Positions 41,188 to 52,363 of a stretch of 64,000 nucleotides of DNA are shown here, piece by piece (position 1 is the first letter of the stretch; each line of letters begins with the position of its first letter). The stretch spans positions 806,001 through 870,000 of the forward strand of contig CP128819.1 in the NCBI GenBank assembly GCA_051546255.1, read 5' to 3'. The position numbers and the translations under genes are program-made. This DNA comes from Meyerozyma guilliermondii. Taxonomy: Eukaryota. The notes under the pieces were generated by a model. The model saw nothing but the letters and a program-made list of their open reading frames with translations, was not told the origin of the DNA and made no database searches.

Positions 41188-42744
41188 ATGGGACAGCTTC
41201 CCCAGTGGATTACCATAGTGTCGGGCTACTCGGCGGTGGTTTCTTCTGTGATCATTACCACCAGTATTTTGTTGCATCTTGCAAACTACAGAAAGCCCTT
41301 CCAACAAAGGCTCATGATTCGAATTCACTTAATTATTCCCCTTTTTGCATTGTCCTGCTATTGCATGCTTACCATCCCACAGTCGATTTTTGTGAAATAC
41401 TTTGTCGAACCACTTCGAGAAGTGTATGAAGCATTTGTAATTTACACTTTCTTCTCTCTCTTGACTGAGATGCTCGGCGGAGAAAGACACATAATAATAT
41501 TCACCACGGGGAGAGAACCAGTGCCGCATCCGGGCTTTATGCGCTACATCTTTTCGGATCTAGACATCTCGGATCTGTACACGTTTTTGAATATTAAGCG
41601 AGGCATACTTCAATATGTATGGCTCAAACCGGCAATATGCTTTGGGATTCTCTTCTTTGAAGCTGTTGGTCTTTATGACGTGAACGACCTCGGAATCACT
41701 TCCATTTATCTCTGGCTCACTCTATTGTATAATGCCAGTGTTTCTCTTTCACTTTACTGTCTTGCCATTTTCTGGAAGATATTGTGGAATGACTTGAAGC
41801 CCCACAAACCGGTGGGGAAGTTTTTGTGCGTCAAATTGATCATTTTTGCATCTTATTGGCAGGGTATAATCCTTGCTATCTTGAGTGTTACCGGAGTGTT
41901 ACCTCAGACCGCAAATACAGATAAGGATACCAATATTGGAGTAGCCATTCAAAATGCTCTCTTGTGTGTGGAGATGATACCGTTTGCCATTGGCCATTGG
42001 TTTTCGTTCACTTATGTTGCATTCACCGTGGCACACATTCCTAATGGCAGGCTAAAATTCAGGTATGCTGTTCGTGATATGTTTGGCATTCGTGATCTCG
42101 TGAACGACTTCAAACTCACATTTTATGGTGACTACTACAAGGATTACAAGCTGTTCGACTCCGTAGATGCTTCAGTGGCCCACCCAGACTCCAAGAGCCG
42201 AATGAGCAGGATTCAGCAGGGGCTTCGATATCATGGAGACGGTCGGCAAAAGCATTGGATTCAGAAACCTTCAGTCAGTTCACAGTCAGTTGACTATTCC
42301 ACGCTGTTGAAACTGCCTCTACTTCCTTCCAATCCTCGCTATTCTCCCTCCTTTAAATCGATCGGCACCTCCACAAGAGGTATTTATCCCCCATCTCCCA
42401 AATTGATACCATCACCACCGGATTCTCCCAGCTCCTCACCAATTGATATCAATGATCTGATTATGTCTATCAGCGAAGCTATCACTGGAGATGGATTTTC
42501 TTACACGAAAGAGCATCTTGACGAGGACGAGCTTTACTACAAAGGGGTGCGTTCGGTCATAAACAACTATAAGCTCGACCAGAAAGCAGTCAAGAAAATG
42601 CTCAACTATCCCATCGTCGATAGCATGATCAGAAGTCACGAATACGGCTATAAAGTAAAGAAATTGAGAGAAGACCGAAACAGACGACAACTGTCAATCA
42701 AGTCGGGAAGGTCTACAAATGCATCCTACGGAAGTATAGTTTAA
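41188..42744 (+). CDS. HFL1: TMEM184/OSTalpha-family vacuolar membrane protein (YKR051W-like)
   Basis: HLANYRKPFQQRLMIRI, REVYEAFVIYTFF, KRGILQYVWLKP and KFLCVKLIIFASYWQG motifs. Confidence 0.9.
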   Translation: MGQLPQWITIVSGYSAVVSSVIITTSILLHLANYRKPFQQRLMIRIHLIIPLFALSCYCMLTIPQSIFVKYFVEPLREVYEAFVIYTFFSLLTEMLGGERHIIIFTTGREPVPHPGFMRYIFSDLDISDLYTFLNIKRGILQYVWLKPAICFGILFFEAVGLYDVNDLGITSIYLWLTLLYNASVSLSLYCLAIFWKILWNDLKPHKPVGKFLCVKLIIFASYWQGIILAILSVTGVLPQTANTDKDTNIGVAIQNALLCVEMIPFAIGHWFSFTYVAFTVAHIPNGRLKFRYAVRDMFGIRDLVNDFKLTFYGDYYKDYKLFDSVDASVAHPDSKSRMSRIQQGLRYHGDGRQKHWIQKPSVSSQSVDYSTLLKLPLLPSNPRYSPSFKSIGTSTRGIYPPSPKLIPSPPDSPSSSPIDINDLIMSISEAITGDGFSYTKEHLDEDELYYKGVRSVINNYKLDQKAVKKMLNYPIVDSMIRSHEYGYKVKKLREDRNRRQLSIKSGRSTNASYGSIV

Positions 42745-42795
42745 TTTATATGAATGTCATGAAAACTTGATGATTGCCTATGTACATGATCCTGC

Positions 42796-43944
42796 TCAGT
42801 CCTCTATCTTGAACAGGTATAAAGAGTCGAGCTCATCTTCACTCATCGCTTTTTTTGAGTTGTCAGCTTGCTTGGATGCTGAAGCTTTTTTCGACTTTTT
42901 GGCCTCCTTTTGTTCGGTATCCTTTGATTTGGTATCTCTTTCGAGCGGTTGACACGAAAATAATACTCTTGATTCCAAATCTCCACTAATTTCATATTGG
43001 CACGAACTGTCATCAAGCATGGTTTTGACAGTTTGAAAAATACTGAGCCTCTTTCTTTCCTCGACGCTCATTCCAGCAAGGTCTTCTTCAGCTATGTCTC
43101 CTACTTCAGGTGTGTCTTTAAGACCAAAAGCGTTCTCTTTACTTGCCAGTTGTCGAGCACTGTAAAAACTCTTTTTTTCACCGAGATATAAAAGAAAATG
43201 TTCACCCTTGGAAATTCTCTTTTGAATTTCTGTCGCCTTCTGGTTGCACAAGTCGCTATTACTGATGCCCCAAGACACAGTCAGTACCTTTGTTGCAGAT
43301 TTTTTCTTCTCTGCCCGGTCTCGCAGTCTCATTACTTTCTGAGCCACTATGCTTCCCTTTTGAAGGAGTTCCTGCTCCTTTTCGAGTGCAAGCTTGTCCG
43401 TGTAAGACTTGATCATCTCTTGTACTTTATTGGTTTTTATAATGGGCAAGCTTTTGTCGTCTGTGGGAGGAACACAATAAATACCGTTTACCGCGAGGTC
43501 AAGGCTGTTGACTATATCCACCAAATGCTTTTGTTCCAAACCACCTTTTCCGGATCCAACATAGTTCACCTTATATGACTTGGAATATGAGTGGACCTCG
43601 TTGATTACAGCCTTTATTGCATTCTGGGCTTGAACCGAGCCAGACTCAAACTGAAACCGAACAGCTTTTCTTGGGTTTCTGTGCTTTTCCTGACGCTTAG
43701 GGTAGTTGTTCTTCTTGGGAGCACTCTTTTCAAACTTCTGGGCAAATCTGTTCTCTTTGATCGGCCTGGAAGTGGCTGAGCTATCTCCGAATCGATTCAT
43801 GGACTCAAAGTTGAAGGTCTCACTTTGATTATTATTCGTCTTTAACAGACCTAGGTCAAATGGCTTGAGTCGAGCCAGCACACACGTGAACTGACGACAA
43901 GAACAGACCGCATATACTCCTACTGAGCGAGAGCCACGAAGCAT
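42796..43944 (-). CDS. AIM23: Mitochondrial translation initiation factor 3
   Basis: First ATG 43944 gives a presequence. [24 protein letters not shown] resembles the fungal mIF3 C-domain; Puf3 site follows the stop. Confidence 0.82.
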   Translation of the reverse strand: MLRGSRSVGVYAVCSCRQFTCVLARLKPFDLGLLKTNNNQSETFNFESMNRFGDSSATSRPIKENRFAQKFEKSAPKKNNYPKRQEKHRNPRKAVRFQFESGSVQAQNAIKAVINEVHSYSKSYKVNYVGSGKGGLEQKHLVDIVNSLDLAVNGIYCVPPTDDKSLPIIKTNKVQEMIKSYTDKLALEKEQELLQKGSIVAQKVMRLRDRAEKKKSATKVLTVSWGISNSDLCNQKATEIQKRISKGEHFLLYLGEKKSFYSARQLASKENAFGLKDTPEVGDIAEEDLAGMSVEERKRLSIFQTVKTMLDDSSCQYEISGDLESRVLFSCQPLERDTKSKDTEQKEAKKSKKASASKQADNSKKAMSEDELDSLYLFKIED

Positions 43945-44094
43945 AGTTGGGAATAAATAGAAACTGTTATCTGATGAAATTAATTTTTCGCTTACATACA
44001 GGCCCACGCAACGGCAATCGCCGGCTACGAAGAAGGATGGATGTGATAAATACAGTATATACAGTAGTATGATGCCAATGCAAAGATAAAGCAG

Positions 44095-45690
44095 TTACCA
44101 TTTGGATCCAACCAAGATGGCTGCCTGGTCTGTTGGCTGCTCAACTTCATGGAACCATGTTTTGAGCAACCTAGACTCGGGCACGTTGTAGTTTATGCAG
44201 AACTCACGACACCAGGCCATTAATTCTAGTGTCAAGCTGGAGTCTGATGAAAGGTCTACCATAGGAATTGAGCCGTAGCGTGTGAGAGTTTTCGAAACCC
44301 AAAGCTTCTGGTCTTCATCTGTAGGCAGATTAATTTGACCTCCGCCGTTTATACACCCATTAGGACATGCCATGATTTCAACGTAGTCACATTTGGAAGC
44401 GTCTGCTTGTTGAACGTCTTGAGCTCCAGATTCCGACCTCTTGCTGGAAAGTCTTGCTTTACGTCGGGCGACGAGTGGGTTGGTTTTTGTAGTCGTGGTC
44501 GAGGACGTTGGTTTAAGTTTTCTCACCAAATTTTGAATGTTCCGGAACCCATTCACTATGGCTGAGCTTGCAACCTGGTTGTCATTGTACACGAGGCGCA
44601 ACTCGTAGATGTCTTTGTTGCGCCCTGCCACCGATTCGAGTCGAAAATTCTGTGGCTGATACTGCTGAGGGTCTCGTAAGCATAAATGCAGTTGCAAAAG
44701 TTGCAAATAGTTGTATCCGTAGCCTCCTGACAGCGAGCCGGAATCACTAGACCAAGACAATTCGACATATGGCCAATTCGCTGGAGCACAGCTTTGGTAG
44801 AGATCCGTAAGTGAACCGGAGGAGTGTGACAATGCATCAAAAGTTAGCGAAAATTTGTCTTTGCATTCGTCAAGTAGAGTGACAAGTTCCTTCGGGGTCA
44901 ACACACAATCTACATCGTTCAGTACCAACAGTGGATCCTGTTCCGGTCTAGCACTTTCCAACTTTTTATCGAAGCAAGGCATGATAGACAAGTGGTAAAT
45001 TTGGTCTCTTTCGACCTCGAGCTGGTGAGCCGTCAACGACTTGAGCAAACAACCAGTGATTTGCTGCGGTGATTTTGTATCTGATATTCGCAGAAGAACA
45101 TGAGGGTGAGTCTTTTCAGCATACAAGACCCATCCTGGGCATATAGATGACAATATTGGTCCCTGGAATCCATGCTCTTTTCTCTCGATAACGCTCTGCA
45201 GTTCGTTAATAAGTGAGAGTTTGCGGCCCAACCCAGTGCCCACGACATAAGTGAACCCCATTTGGTTCACCAACAAGTCCACTAGAAGCCTGTCTATATC
45301 CGAAACCTTCATGTAGTAAGCAGTAGCTAGCGAAGCTCTGGCCTGGTGTGATATGCTGGCCACGAATATTTTGTTATTCGTCTTCTTTTCTTTAAGCGCT
45401 TTGATCAACTCGTTATGTGAATGCTGTGCCACCAAAATCTCTTCTGCTGAAGTTATACATCCAGAACACGCGAGGCAATCGGCAAGAGAAATCTGGGCCG
45501 GCGAAAGGTTCTTAGTGGCACCATCTATCTTGGAAATCTCAAGAGGCTTTCCATTTTCATCGATTTGGATTTCGACTTCTCCATACTCCAGAGCTTCTTG
45601 CGATCGATTTTCGGTGACTGTAGGCTTGATACAGGCTATACCAGGAGATATAAAGTCGTTTAGATCGTCTGCCGACAATAAAGCACTCAT
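44095..45690 (-). CDS. NAR1: Cytosolic Fe-S assembly factor Nar1 (hydrogenase-like)
   Basis: DLNDFISPGIACIKP, ISLADCLACSGCITSAE, ICPGWVLYAEK, MPCFDKKLES, EIMACPNGCINGGG and terminal W. Confidence 0.98.
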   Translation of the reverse strand: MSALLSADDLNDFISPGIACIKPTVTENRSQEALEYGEVEIQIDENGKPLEISKIDGATKNLSPAQISLADCLACSGCITSAEEILVAQHSHNELIKALKEKKTNNKIFVASISHQARASLATAYYMKVSDIDRLLVDLLVNQMGFTYVVGTGLGRKLSLINELQSVIERKEHGFQGPILSSICPGWVLYAEKTHPHVLLRISDTKSPQQITGCLLKSLTAHQLEVERDQIYHLSIMPCFDKKLESARPEQDPLLVLNDVDCVLTPKELVTLLDECKDKFSLTFDALSHSSGSLTDLYQSCAPANWPYVELSWSSDSGSLSGGYGYNYLQLLQLHLCLRDPQQYQPQNFRLESVAGRNKDIYELRLVYNDNQVASSAIVNGFRNIQNLVRKLKPTSSTTTTKTNPLVARRKARLSSKRSESGAQDVQQADASKCDYVEIMACPNGCINGGGQINLPTDEDQKLWVSKTLTRYGSIPMVDLSSDSSLTLELMAWCREFCINYNVPESRLLKTWFHEVEQPTDQAAILVGSKW

Positions 45691-45833
45691 GAGTGGAATA
45701 GATAAGTAGCCAATACGAGATTTTGCATCGTAAATGACTAATGAAACTGCAGATAAGAGAGAAAAAATTGGAATATGTGCAGGAGATTTTGCAACCTTGA
45801 TAAGAGTGTCTTCTATATCATTTTGTCTCTACG

Positions 45834-47150
45834 TTAATTCTCTGTTTCGCTCAAGTCTCCGAGCTCGAATCCCTCTTCGCCAACGGCGCTAAATCCTCTT
45901 TGCACCAATTCTCCATCTTCATCGTAACCGACTAATCGCAAGTAGAACGCAAGCAATGCCTGCATCCACAAGTAGATCAAGAAAGCAGCACTTGTAAGCA
46001 AGAGAATATACGAAGCATGGTTCATTCCCAAACCCTCAACTAGCGTAAGCATTTCTTCGTTAGCTGCCATGAACATCAACCCGGCGAGAACAAGACAGAA
46101 TGGAGGTAAATGCTGGAAAGCTAGAACCTTACCACTGTCACTACAACGTTTGTCTTTCAAAATGAACAGGATTTCAACAATTCTTGTTAACCCAGCAGAT
46201 GCCAATGCCATACCAAAAAAAGTGTGGACTTTCACCGAAATTTCTTGATGTTGGCCATGCTCTTTCATGGCATAGGCAGTGAAGATCAAGAGCAAAGAAG
46301 GTATCAACGTCCGTTTTCCTCCAGACCGAGTAATGAAGAGAGCAGCAGATGCCCCGGCCCACCATATAAGACCGAGAAAAGTGTGCAAGAAATCACCATG
46401 GCTCCATGGTTCTTTACCCCATCTGTGCTCGGTAAAAGTATTCACCAATCCCCACAACCACATCAAGCACGAGTCGTAGAAGTCCTGGGATTTGGCTTCG
46501 GGATCCGGATGACATCTTATCCACGGAACAATGAGCACCAACGACAAGACGAAGCCATAAAGAATGAATGACGACCCCATAATACCATGAGCAATACATT
46601 GCCCCGTATGTGAATCGTAGCAGAAGCCAAAAAGAGCAATGGGGGCCAAACATACTCGAACCCAACCGGTGGGGACAACTAGAAATGAAGTGATTTTGTA
46701 GATCTTGTAGGAAAGTCCATATTGGTTGATACTACCCAGATTCGAGGAAGAATTCCTATGAGGGTAAAATTTGTTGATCACCAAGTTGGAGCCATTGATT
46801 AAGGTCCCAACGAACACTACAATGCCAAATAACACGGCAAGAAACCATCCGGTACCCTTGGAAGTTCTGTTTTCGTGACCACCGTCGTCTGGAAACGAAA
46901 GGAAAACCACATCAAAAACCAGATATCCCGTCAGAATGTACTGGAGAAACAAAGACCAGTGAAACTTGTCGGCAATTGCCAAAGCGGCCGCCAAAGAAGG
47001 AAGAAAAAGCTCCAAAATTACTGTCAAGATAAAATGAATCGTTTTGGAAAAAGCATGCTGGTCGGCTTTTTTCGGTTCCAGACCATCTTCAGCCGCCAAT
47101 ACAGCCACAGAAAAGGCAAGAATTAAATATCTGGCCTTTTTACTCCACAT
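45834..47150 (-). CDS. YTP1: Ytp1-family membrane protein (DUF2427 + Ytp1 domain)
   Basis: HENRTSKG, LFGFCY..HTGQCIAHGIMG, NTFTEHRWG..WSHGD motifs. Divergent from KEX2; neighbours in S. cerevisiae too. Confidence 0.9.
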   Translation of the reverse strand: MWSKKARYLILAFSVAVLAAEDGLEPKKADQHAFSKTIHFILTVILELFLPSLAAALAIADKFHWSLFLQYILTGYLVFDVVFLSFPDDGGHENRTSKGTGWFLAVLFGIVVFVGTLINGSNLVINKFYPHRNSSSNLGSINQYGLSYKIYKITSFLVVPTGWVRVCLAPIALFGFCYDSHTGQCIAHGIMGSSFILYGFVLSLVLIVPWIRCHPDPEAKSQDFYDSCLMWLWGLVNTFTEHRWGKEPWSHGDFLHTFLGLIWWAGASAALFITRSGGKRTLIPSLLLIFTAYAMKEHGQHQEISVKVHTFFGMALASAGLTRIVEILFILKDKRCSDSGKVLAFQHLPPFCLVLAGLMFMAANEEMLTLVEGLGMNHASYILLLTSAAFLIYLWMQALLAFYLRLVGYDEDGELVQRGFSAVGEEGFELGDLSETEN

Positions 47151-47669
47151 TTTGTGACCGTTTTATCCGGTTGCAATTTGACCAATCGGTAATTGTGACA
47201 CCGACTGCGCGGCTCAAATGAAAAAAGGACCCTGGAAAGACAAACGTACTGCACACAAGCCAATTGTCTTTTAGCAAAAAAATTGAGTTTTGCTGGCCTA
47301 ATCGACAAGAAACCTCATAGATAAAGCTATGTTGGCACCTCCACATACCCGCGGTGCTTCTACCTCCATATCCATACTAGGAAAGTGGAACTAAAAATAC
47401 TCGATTACATCAGCATAAAGCGCGAAAGTTTTATGTTCGTGGGGAGTTTCGAAGGACAGCGTACCGTGAATCAGAACTTTGAGTTCTGAACATCATATCC
47501 ATTTTGGTGAACTTGAAATAGGGAAGCAGACTCTCCTGGACCGAGAAACTGGATACAAGCGTCTTTAACCAAAGGACAAACATTTTTCGTTGAGTTTGAC
47601 TTGAATCACCACCGACCACGTTCTACCATAAAACACGAATTAACAAACGAAAAGTCATAAACCACCGCG

Positions 47670-50213
47670 ATGCAGTTGGCAGCCCTCTTGAGAATTGTCG
47701 TGGCGTGCGCTGGTGTCGTCATGGGAATGCAAGTGCCCAAAAAAGACCATAATGCTAAGCGGTATTTTGCCGTGGAGCTCGATACTTCTAAATCTTCAGA
47801 ACCGTTGGCAGACTTTATAACACAACACAAGCAGGTTTTTCACTTTGAGCATCCGGTTCGTGGTCTTGATGACCATTTTGTTTTCAGCATTGATAAAGAA
47901 CATGATTTTGCAAGTGCCATAGGAAACTTCAATACAGACGATGAAAAGTTGTTCAAACGGTCGTCAGGTTTTGAAGACGTCTATGACTCGATGATAAGTA
48001 ACCCTCACTTGAGGTCAATTCAGCTTCTTGAGCCTAGAAAGTTAGAGAAAAGAATGCCAGTGATGATCACCGACGACGACGTCTATGGTCGTGATGATTC
48101 TCCTGGAGATTCTTCGCAACAATTGTTGAATGAAGCCACGCAAAAATTGAGCATTAATGACCCCACATTCAAGGAGCAATGGCATTTGATAAACACGTTC
48201 AATCCCGGCCACGACGTTAATGTAACTGGACTTTGGTACGAGGGTATCACTGGAAAAGGCATTGTTTCGGCACTTATAGATGATGGTCTTGACTACGAGA
48301 GCGAGGATCTCAAAGATAACTTCAACATGAAAGGTTCGTGGGATTTTAATGATAATAGAAACCTTCCTATGCCCACACTTTATGATGATTGGCATGGAAC
48401 AAGATGCGCTGGTGAGATAGCTGCAGTGAAAAATGACGTTTGCGGTTTGGGTGTTGCCTACGAATCCAATGTGAGTGGAATCAGAATATTGTCGGGTCCA
48501 ATTACCGCCGAAGATGAAGCAGCAGCAATGATATTCGGTTTGGACGTAAATGACATTTATTCATGTTCTTGGGGTCCCACAGACAACGGCAAAGTTGTAT
48601 CTGCTCCTAATAAAATCGTCAAGAAAGCGATGATAAAAGGAGTTCAGGATGGAAGAGACAAGAAGGGTGCTATTTATGTGTTTGCATCGGGCAATGGAGG
48701 AAGATTTGGTGATTCTTGCAACTTCGACGGTTACACAAATTCCATCTATTCGATAACTGTTGGAGCAATTGATTACAAGGGAATGCATCCCATCTACTCC
48801 GAAGCATGTTCAGCCGTCATGGTTGTAACCTATTCATCTGGTTCAGGAGAACATATACACACCACTGATATCAACAAGAAGTGTTCTGCTATTCATGGAG
48901 GTACTTCTGCAGCAGCTCCATTAGCAGCTGGAGTTTTTGCGCTAGTTTTGCAGTCGAATCCTGATTTAACCTGGAGAGATCTCCAATATATCGCAGCATT
49001 GAGCTCAATTCCAGTTAATGAGGACGATGGCAATTATCAAGACTCAGCATTGGGCAGAAAATATTCTCAGAGATATGGGTTTGGAAAGCTTGACGCTTAC
49101 GGAATGGCCCATTTTGCCAAGGACTGGAAAAACGTCAAGCCACAAGCATGGTACTATTCTGACTTGATCCTGGTGAACGATGCAATTGGAGCAACGGATA
49201 ACGACAAAGTGATCAAATCTGTCATTGATGTCACCGAGCATGACATGAAGGTGTCCAATGTTGAACGAGTTGAGCATGTTACCGTCACTGTGAACATCCA
49301 GGCTACGTTTAGGGGAAAGATTGGTGTTCGACTCATCAGTCCACGAGGTATGATCAGCGATTTGGCGACCGAGAGACGCGGCGACCGGTCTATGAGTGGA
49401 CTCAAGAATTGGACATTTATGTCTGTGGCCAACTGGGGAGAAAAAGGAACCGGTAATTGGACCCTTGAGGTGTTTGCATTCGACACCGAAGGCACAAAAA
49501 ACGAGATTAGATTTATTGACTGGTCGTTGCGGATTTTCGGCGAGAGTATAGACCCTGCCAAAGCAGAGACCTACGATATGGATAAGGACTATGCTGCGGT
49601 AAGAAGGGACAGACTTGCGGATGACGAAAAGCAAAAAACCACTTCTCTGGCACAAGCAACCACCAGCGAAGCTAAATCGTCAGAGACCACGTCCGCAACA
49701 AAAACCACAGAAGAACCGGAAACCACCACATCTTCTACGTCATCTACGTCGCTGGCTGCGCAGTCCAGTGATGTTGGCGAGGGAAAGATCGAATACAAGA
49801 ATGATCATTTTGGTGCTTACTTTATGGCGGTAGCATTAATTGGGTTTATCATAGTAGTGTTGGTGATGAGATACCACCGCACACCTGGAGGCAGCCGTAG
49901 GCGGAGAAGAAGAGACGAATATGAATTCGATATAATTCCAGGAGAAGATTATAGTGATAGTGAAGAGGAAACCGACTCATTGGATTTGGGAGAAAGAAAT
50001 GACAGACCCCGAGGCAGTGAAGAAGCAAGAGATAGACTTTTTGATGAGCTCCATGCGGAAACGTTACCCGACTACGAAGAGGAGATGTTTAGAATTGTGG
50101 ACGATGACCACGAGGAGGGAGAAGGTGACAGCAAAAAGTCGCAAAAGGACAAAGGTGAATCACAATCAACCGAGGTCGGTGCGGCCCCATCGCCCCAATC
50201 GACCGAAACGTAG
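47670..50213 (+). CDS. KEX2: Kexin proprotein convertase
   Basis: Signal peptide, KR pro-site, DDGLD, HGTRCAGE, SGNGG and GGTSAAAP catalytic motifs, P domain, S/T-rich stalk, TM, and YEFDII TGN signal. Confidence 0.98.
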   Translation: MQLAALLRIVVACAGVVMGMQVPKKDHNAKRYFAVELDTSKSSEPLADFITQHKQVFHFEHPVRGLDDHFVFSIDKEHDFASAIGNFNTDDEKLFKRSSGFEDVYDSMISNPHLRSIQLLEPRKLEKRMPVMITDDDVYGRDDSPGDSSQQLLNEATQKLSINDPTFKEQWHLINTFNPGHDVNVTGLWYEGITGKGIVSALIDDGLDYESEDLKDNFNMKGSWDFNDNRNLPMPTLYDDWHGTRCAGEIAAVKNDVCGLGVAYESNVSGIRILSGPITAEDEAAAMIFGLDVNDIYSCSWGPTDNGKVVSAPNKIVKKAMIKGVQDGRDKKGAIYVFASGNGGRFGDSCNFDGYTNSIYSITVGAIDYKGMHPIYSEACSAVMVVTYSSGSGEHIHTTDINKKCSAIHGGTSAAAPLAAGVFALVLQSNPDLTWRDLQYIAALSSIPVNEDDGNYQDSALGRKYSQRYGFGKLDAYGMAHFAKDWKNVKPQAWYYSDLILVNDAIGATDNDKVIKSVIDVTEHDMKVSNVERVEHVTVTVNIQATFRGKIGVRLISPRGMISDLATERRGDRSMSGLKNWTFMSVANWGEKGTGNWTLEVFAFDTEGTKNEIRFIDWSLRIFGESIDPAKAETYDMDKDYAAVRRDRLADDEKQKTTSLAQATTSEAKSSETTSATKTTEEPETTTSSTSSTSLAAQSSDVGEGKIEYKNDHFGAYFMAVALIGFIIVVLVMRYHRTPGGSRRRRRRDEYEFDIIPGEDYSDSEEETDSLDLGERNDRPRGSEEARDRLFDELHAETLPDYEEEMFRIVDDDHEEGEGDSKKSQKDKGESQSTEVGAAPSPQSTET

Positions 50214-50394
50214 CCATAAATACCAATAGACTAGTCCGAAGAATAAAGAGATGTCTAAGTGATTAAAGTAATCAAGGAAAACATGAGAGAAATAGAGAAA
50301 TTTAAAGTTTTGAACTGATTTAACTGGTCATTTGCAGCCTTGCAACCTCCACCGGCCCGGCTGGACCACATGCCGTTGCGTGCGCGGGCGGAAT

Positions 50395-50533
50395 TTAGTC
50401 AGCACGGCCTATGTATGTCCGACACCGGATCTTTGTCAGCAGCACAAGACAAATCAAGGAGAATTATAGAGGTATATAATTGGTAAATTCCTAGATTTCT
50501 GGTTATTACTGCTATTTCTATAGTAAGTCAGCA
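50395..50533 (+). promoter_or_regulatory. Yap1/Cap1-type element TTAGTCA(GCA) plus two further GTCAGCA half-sites upstream of ZWF1
   Basis: TTAGTCAGCA at 50395-50404; GTCAGCA at 50435-50441 and 50527-50533. Confidence 0.45.
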
Positions 50534-50805
50534 TCTATTTCCACCATTTCTGTTGGTTGCTGCGAAAAATTTACCTAATTGTTGGTCAGTAATATTACCC
50601 ACTCTCACCCGCAATCCCACCGAAATTATTTCGCAATCCCACACGGAACTTCTTGATACGATATAAAGTTGCCACTTGCCACTCTGAACGCAACTACATT
50701 TGACATTCGAGGTTTCGTCAAAAGTTGCAATTGATATCGATAAAGTATCGACATATACTATTGACTCAAACTAATCGACACAAAACTTTTTAAGGGCCAT
50801 AAATC

Positions 50806-52311
50806 ATGTCGGCTCCATTTGGCGACCATGTGTCCATTGTAGTTTTCGGGGCTTCCGGAGACTTGGCCAAAAAGAAAACGTTCCCTGCCTTATTTGGCTT
50901 GTTCCGTCAGGGCCAATTGCCCGCTTCGGTGAAGATTTTTGGTTACGCCCGTTCAAAATTGTCTCAAGAAGATTTCAGAGAAAGAGTCGAACCCAATTTT
51001 AAGACCAAGAATGACAAAGACAAAGAAAAAGTCAAGGAGTTCTTGGACTTGTGTACGTACCATTCTGGTCAATACGACACCGATGAGGGGTACAAAGAGT
51101 TGCTCAAGGAAATCACTGAATTCGAAAAATCCGGCAACGTTTCCAAACCAGAACGTTTGTTCTACTTGGCTTTACCACCATCTACATTCACTGTGGTGGC
51201 TCTGCAATTGAAGAAGCTTGTGTACCCTGAAAATGGTGCTGTCAGATTGATCGTGGAGAAGCCTTTCGGTCATGACTTGGAGTCTTCTCGTAAGTTGCAA
51301 AAGGACTTGGCTCCTTTGTTTTCCGAGGAGGAATTGTACAGAATTGACCATTACTTGGGTAAGGAAATGGTGAAGAATTTGTTGGTTTTGCGTTTCGGAA
51401 ACCAATTGTTGAATGCTGCTTGGAACAAGGAACACATTCAGTCGATCCAGATCTCGTTCAAGGAAGCTTTCGGAACTGAAGGTAGAGGAGGATACTTTGA
51501 CGAAATCGGTATTGTGAGAGATGTGATGCAAAACCACATTTTGCAGGTATTGACCTTGTTAACTATGGAACGTCCAGTTTCATTTGACCCGGAAGCTATT
51601 CGTGATGAAAAGGTCAAGGTGTTGAAAGCATTTGCTCCATTGAACAACGATGACATTCTTTTGGGTCAATACTCCAAGTCTGAGGATGGCAAGAAGCCAG
51701 GTTATTTGGATGACGAAACAGTCAAGAAGGACTCTAAATGTGTCACCTACGCAGCAATTGGCGCCAGAATTAACAATGAGAGATGGGAGGATGTCCCAAT
51801 CGTCATGAGAGCAGGAAAAGCATTAGATGAGTCAAAGGTGGAGATCAGAATCCAATTTAAGCCGGTTCCCAGAGGCATGTTTGAACAGATCCAAAGTAAC
51901 GAGTTGGTTATCAGAATTCAACCCGACGAAGCTGTTTACATGAAGATCAACTCCAAGATTCCTGGTATCTCCACCGAGACGGCATTGACCGACTTGGACT
52001 TGACTTACTCCAAGAGATACTCCAAGGACTTCTGGATCCCCGAGGCTTACGAGACGTTGATCCGAGACTGTCTTCTTGGCAATCACTCCAACTTTGTCAG
52101 AGACGACGAGTTGGATGTGTCGTGGCAATTGTTCACTCCATTGTTGAACTACATCGAGTCTGACAAGGCTCCAGTTCCCGAGAAATATCCATACGGATCC
52201 AAGGGACCCAAAGGATTAAGAGACTTTTTGGGCAAGCACAACTACGTCTTTACCGACGAAGGAACTTATCAATGGCCTTTGACGAGACCAGATGTTAAGG
52301 GCAAGATATAG
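50806..52311 (+). CDS. ZWF1: Glucose-6-phosphate dehydrogenase
   Basis: GASGDLAKKK, EKPFG, RIDHYLGKEMV and DVMQNH motifs. Confidence 0.99.
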   Translation: MSAPFGDHVSIVVFGASGDLAKKKTFPALFGLFRQGQLPASVKIFGYARSKLSQEDFRERVEPNFKTKNDKDKEKVKEFLDLCTYHSGQYDTDEGYKELLKEITEFEKSGNVSKPERLFYLALPPSTFTVVALQLKKLVYPENGAVRLIVEKPFGHDLESSRKLQKDLAPLFSEEELYRIDHYLGKEMVKNLLVLRFGNQLLNAAWNKEHIQSIQISFKEAFGTEGRGGYFDEIGIVRDVMQNHILQVLTLLTMERPVSFDPEAIRDEKVKVLKAFAPLNNDDILLGQYSKSEDGKKPGYLDDETVKKDSKCVTYAAIGARINNERWEDVPIVMRAGKALDESKVEIRIQFKPVPRGMFEQIQSNELVIRIQPDEAVYMKINSKIPGISTETALTDLDLTYSKRYSKDFWIPEAYETLIRDCLLGNHSNFVRDDELDVSWQLFTPLLNYIESDKAPVPEKYPYGSKGPKGLRDFLGKHNYVFTDEGTYQWPLTRPDVKGKI

Positions 52312-52363
52312 GTAATAAAACTTCAGAGGCACTAGTGTAGAGAGCAAAGAGAGCAATGAGTGT

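Noticed and set aside
47410..47590. Small hairpins (e.g. TCAGAACT-TTG-AGTTCTGA) between YTP1 and KEX2 as a possible ncRNA
   Set aside because: No match I can recognise to snRNA, SRP, RNase P/MRP or snoRNA motifs; an Infernal scan would be needed.
50523..50805. Possible ZWF1 5' UTR intron from GTAAGT at 50523
   Set aside because: No TACTAAC-like branch point adjacent to a YAG, unlike the well-supported introns here.
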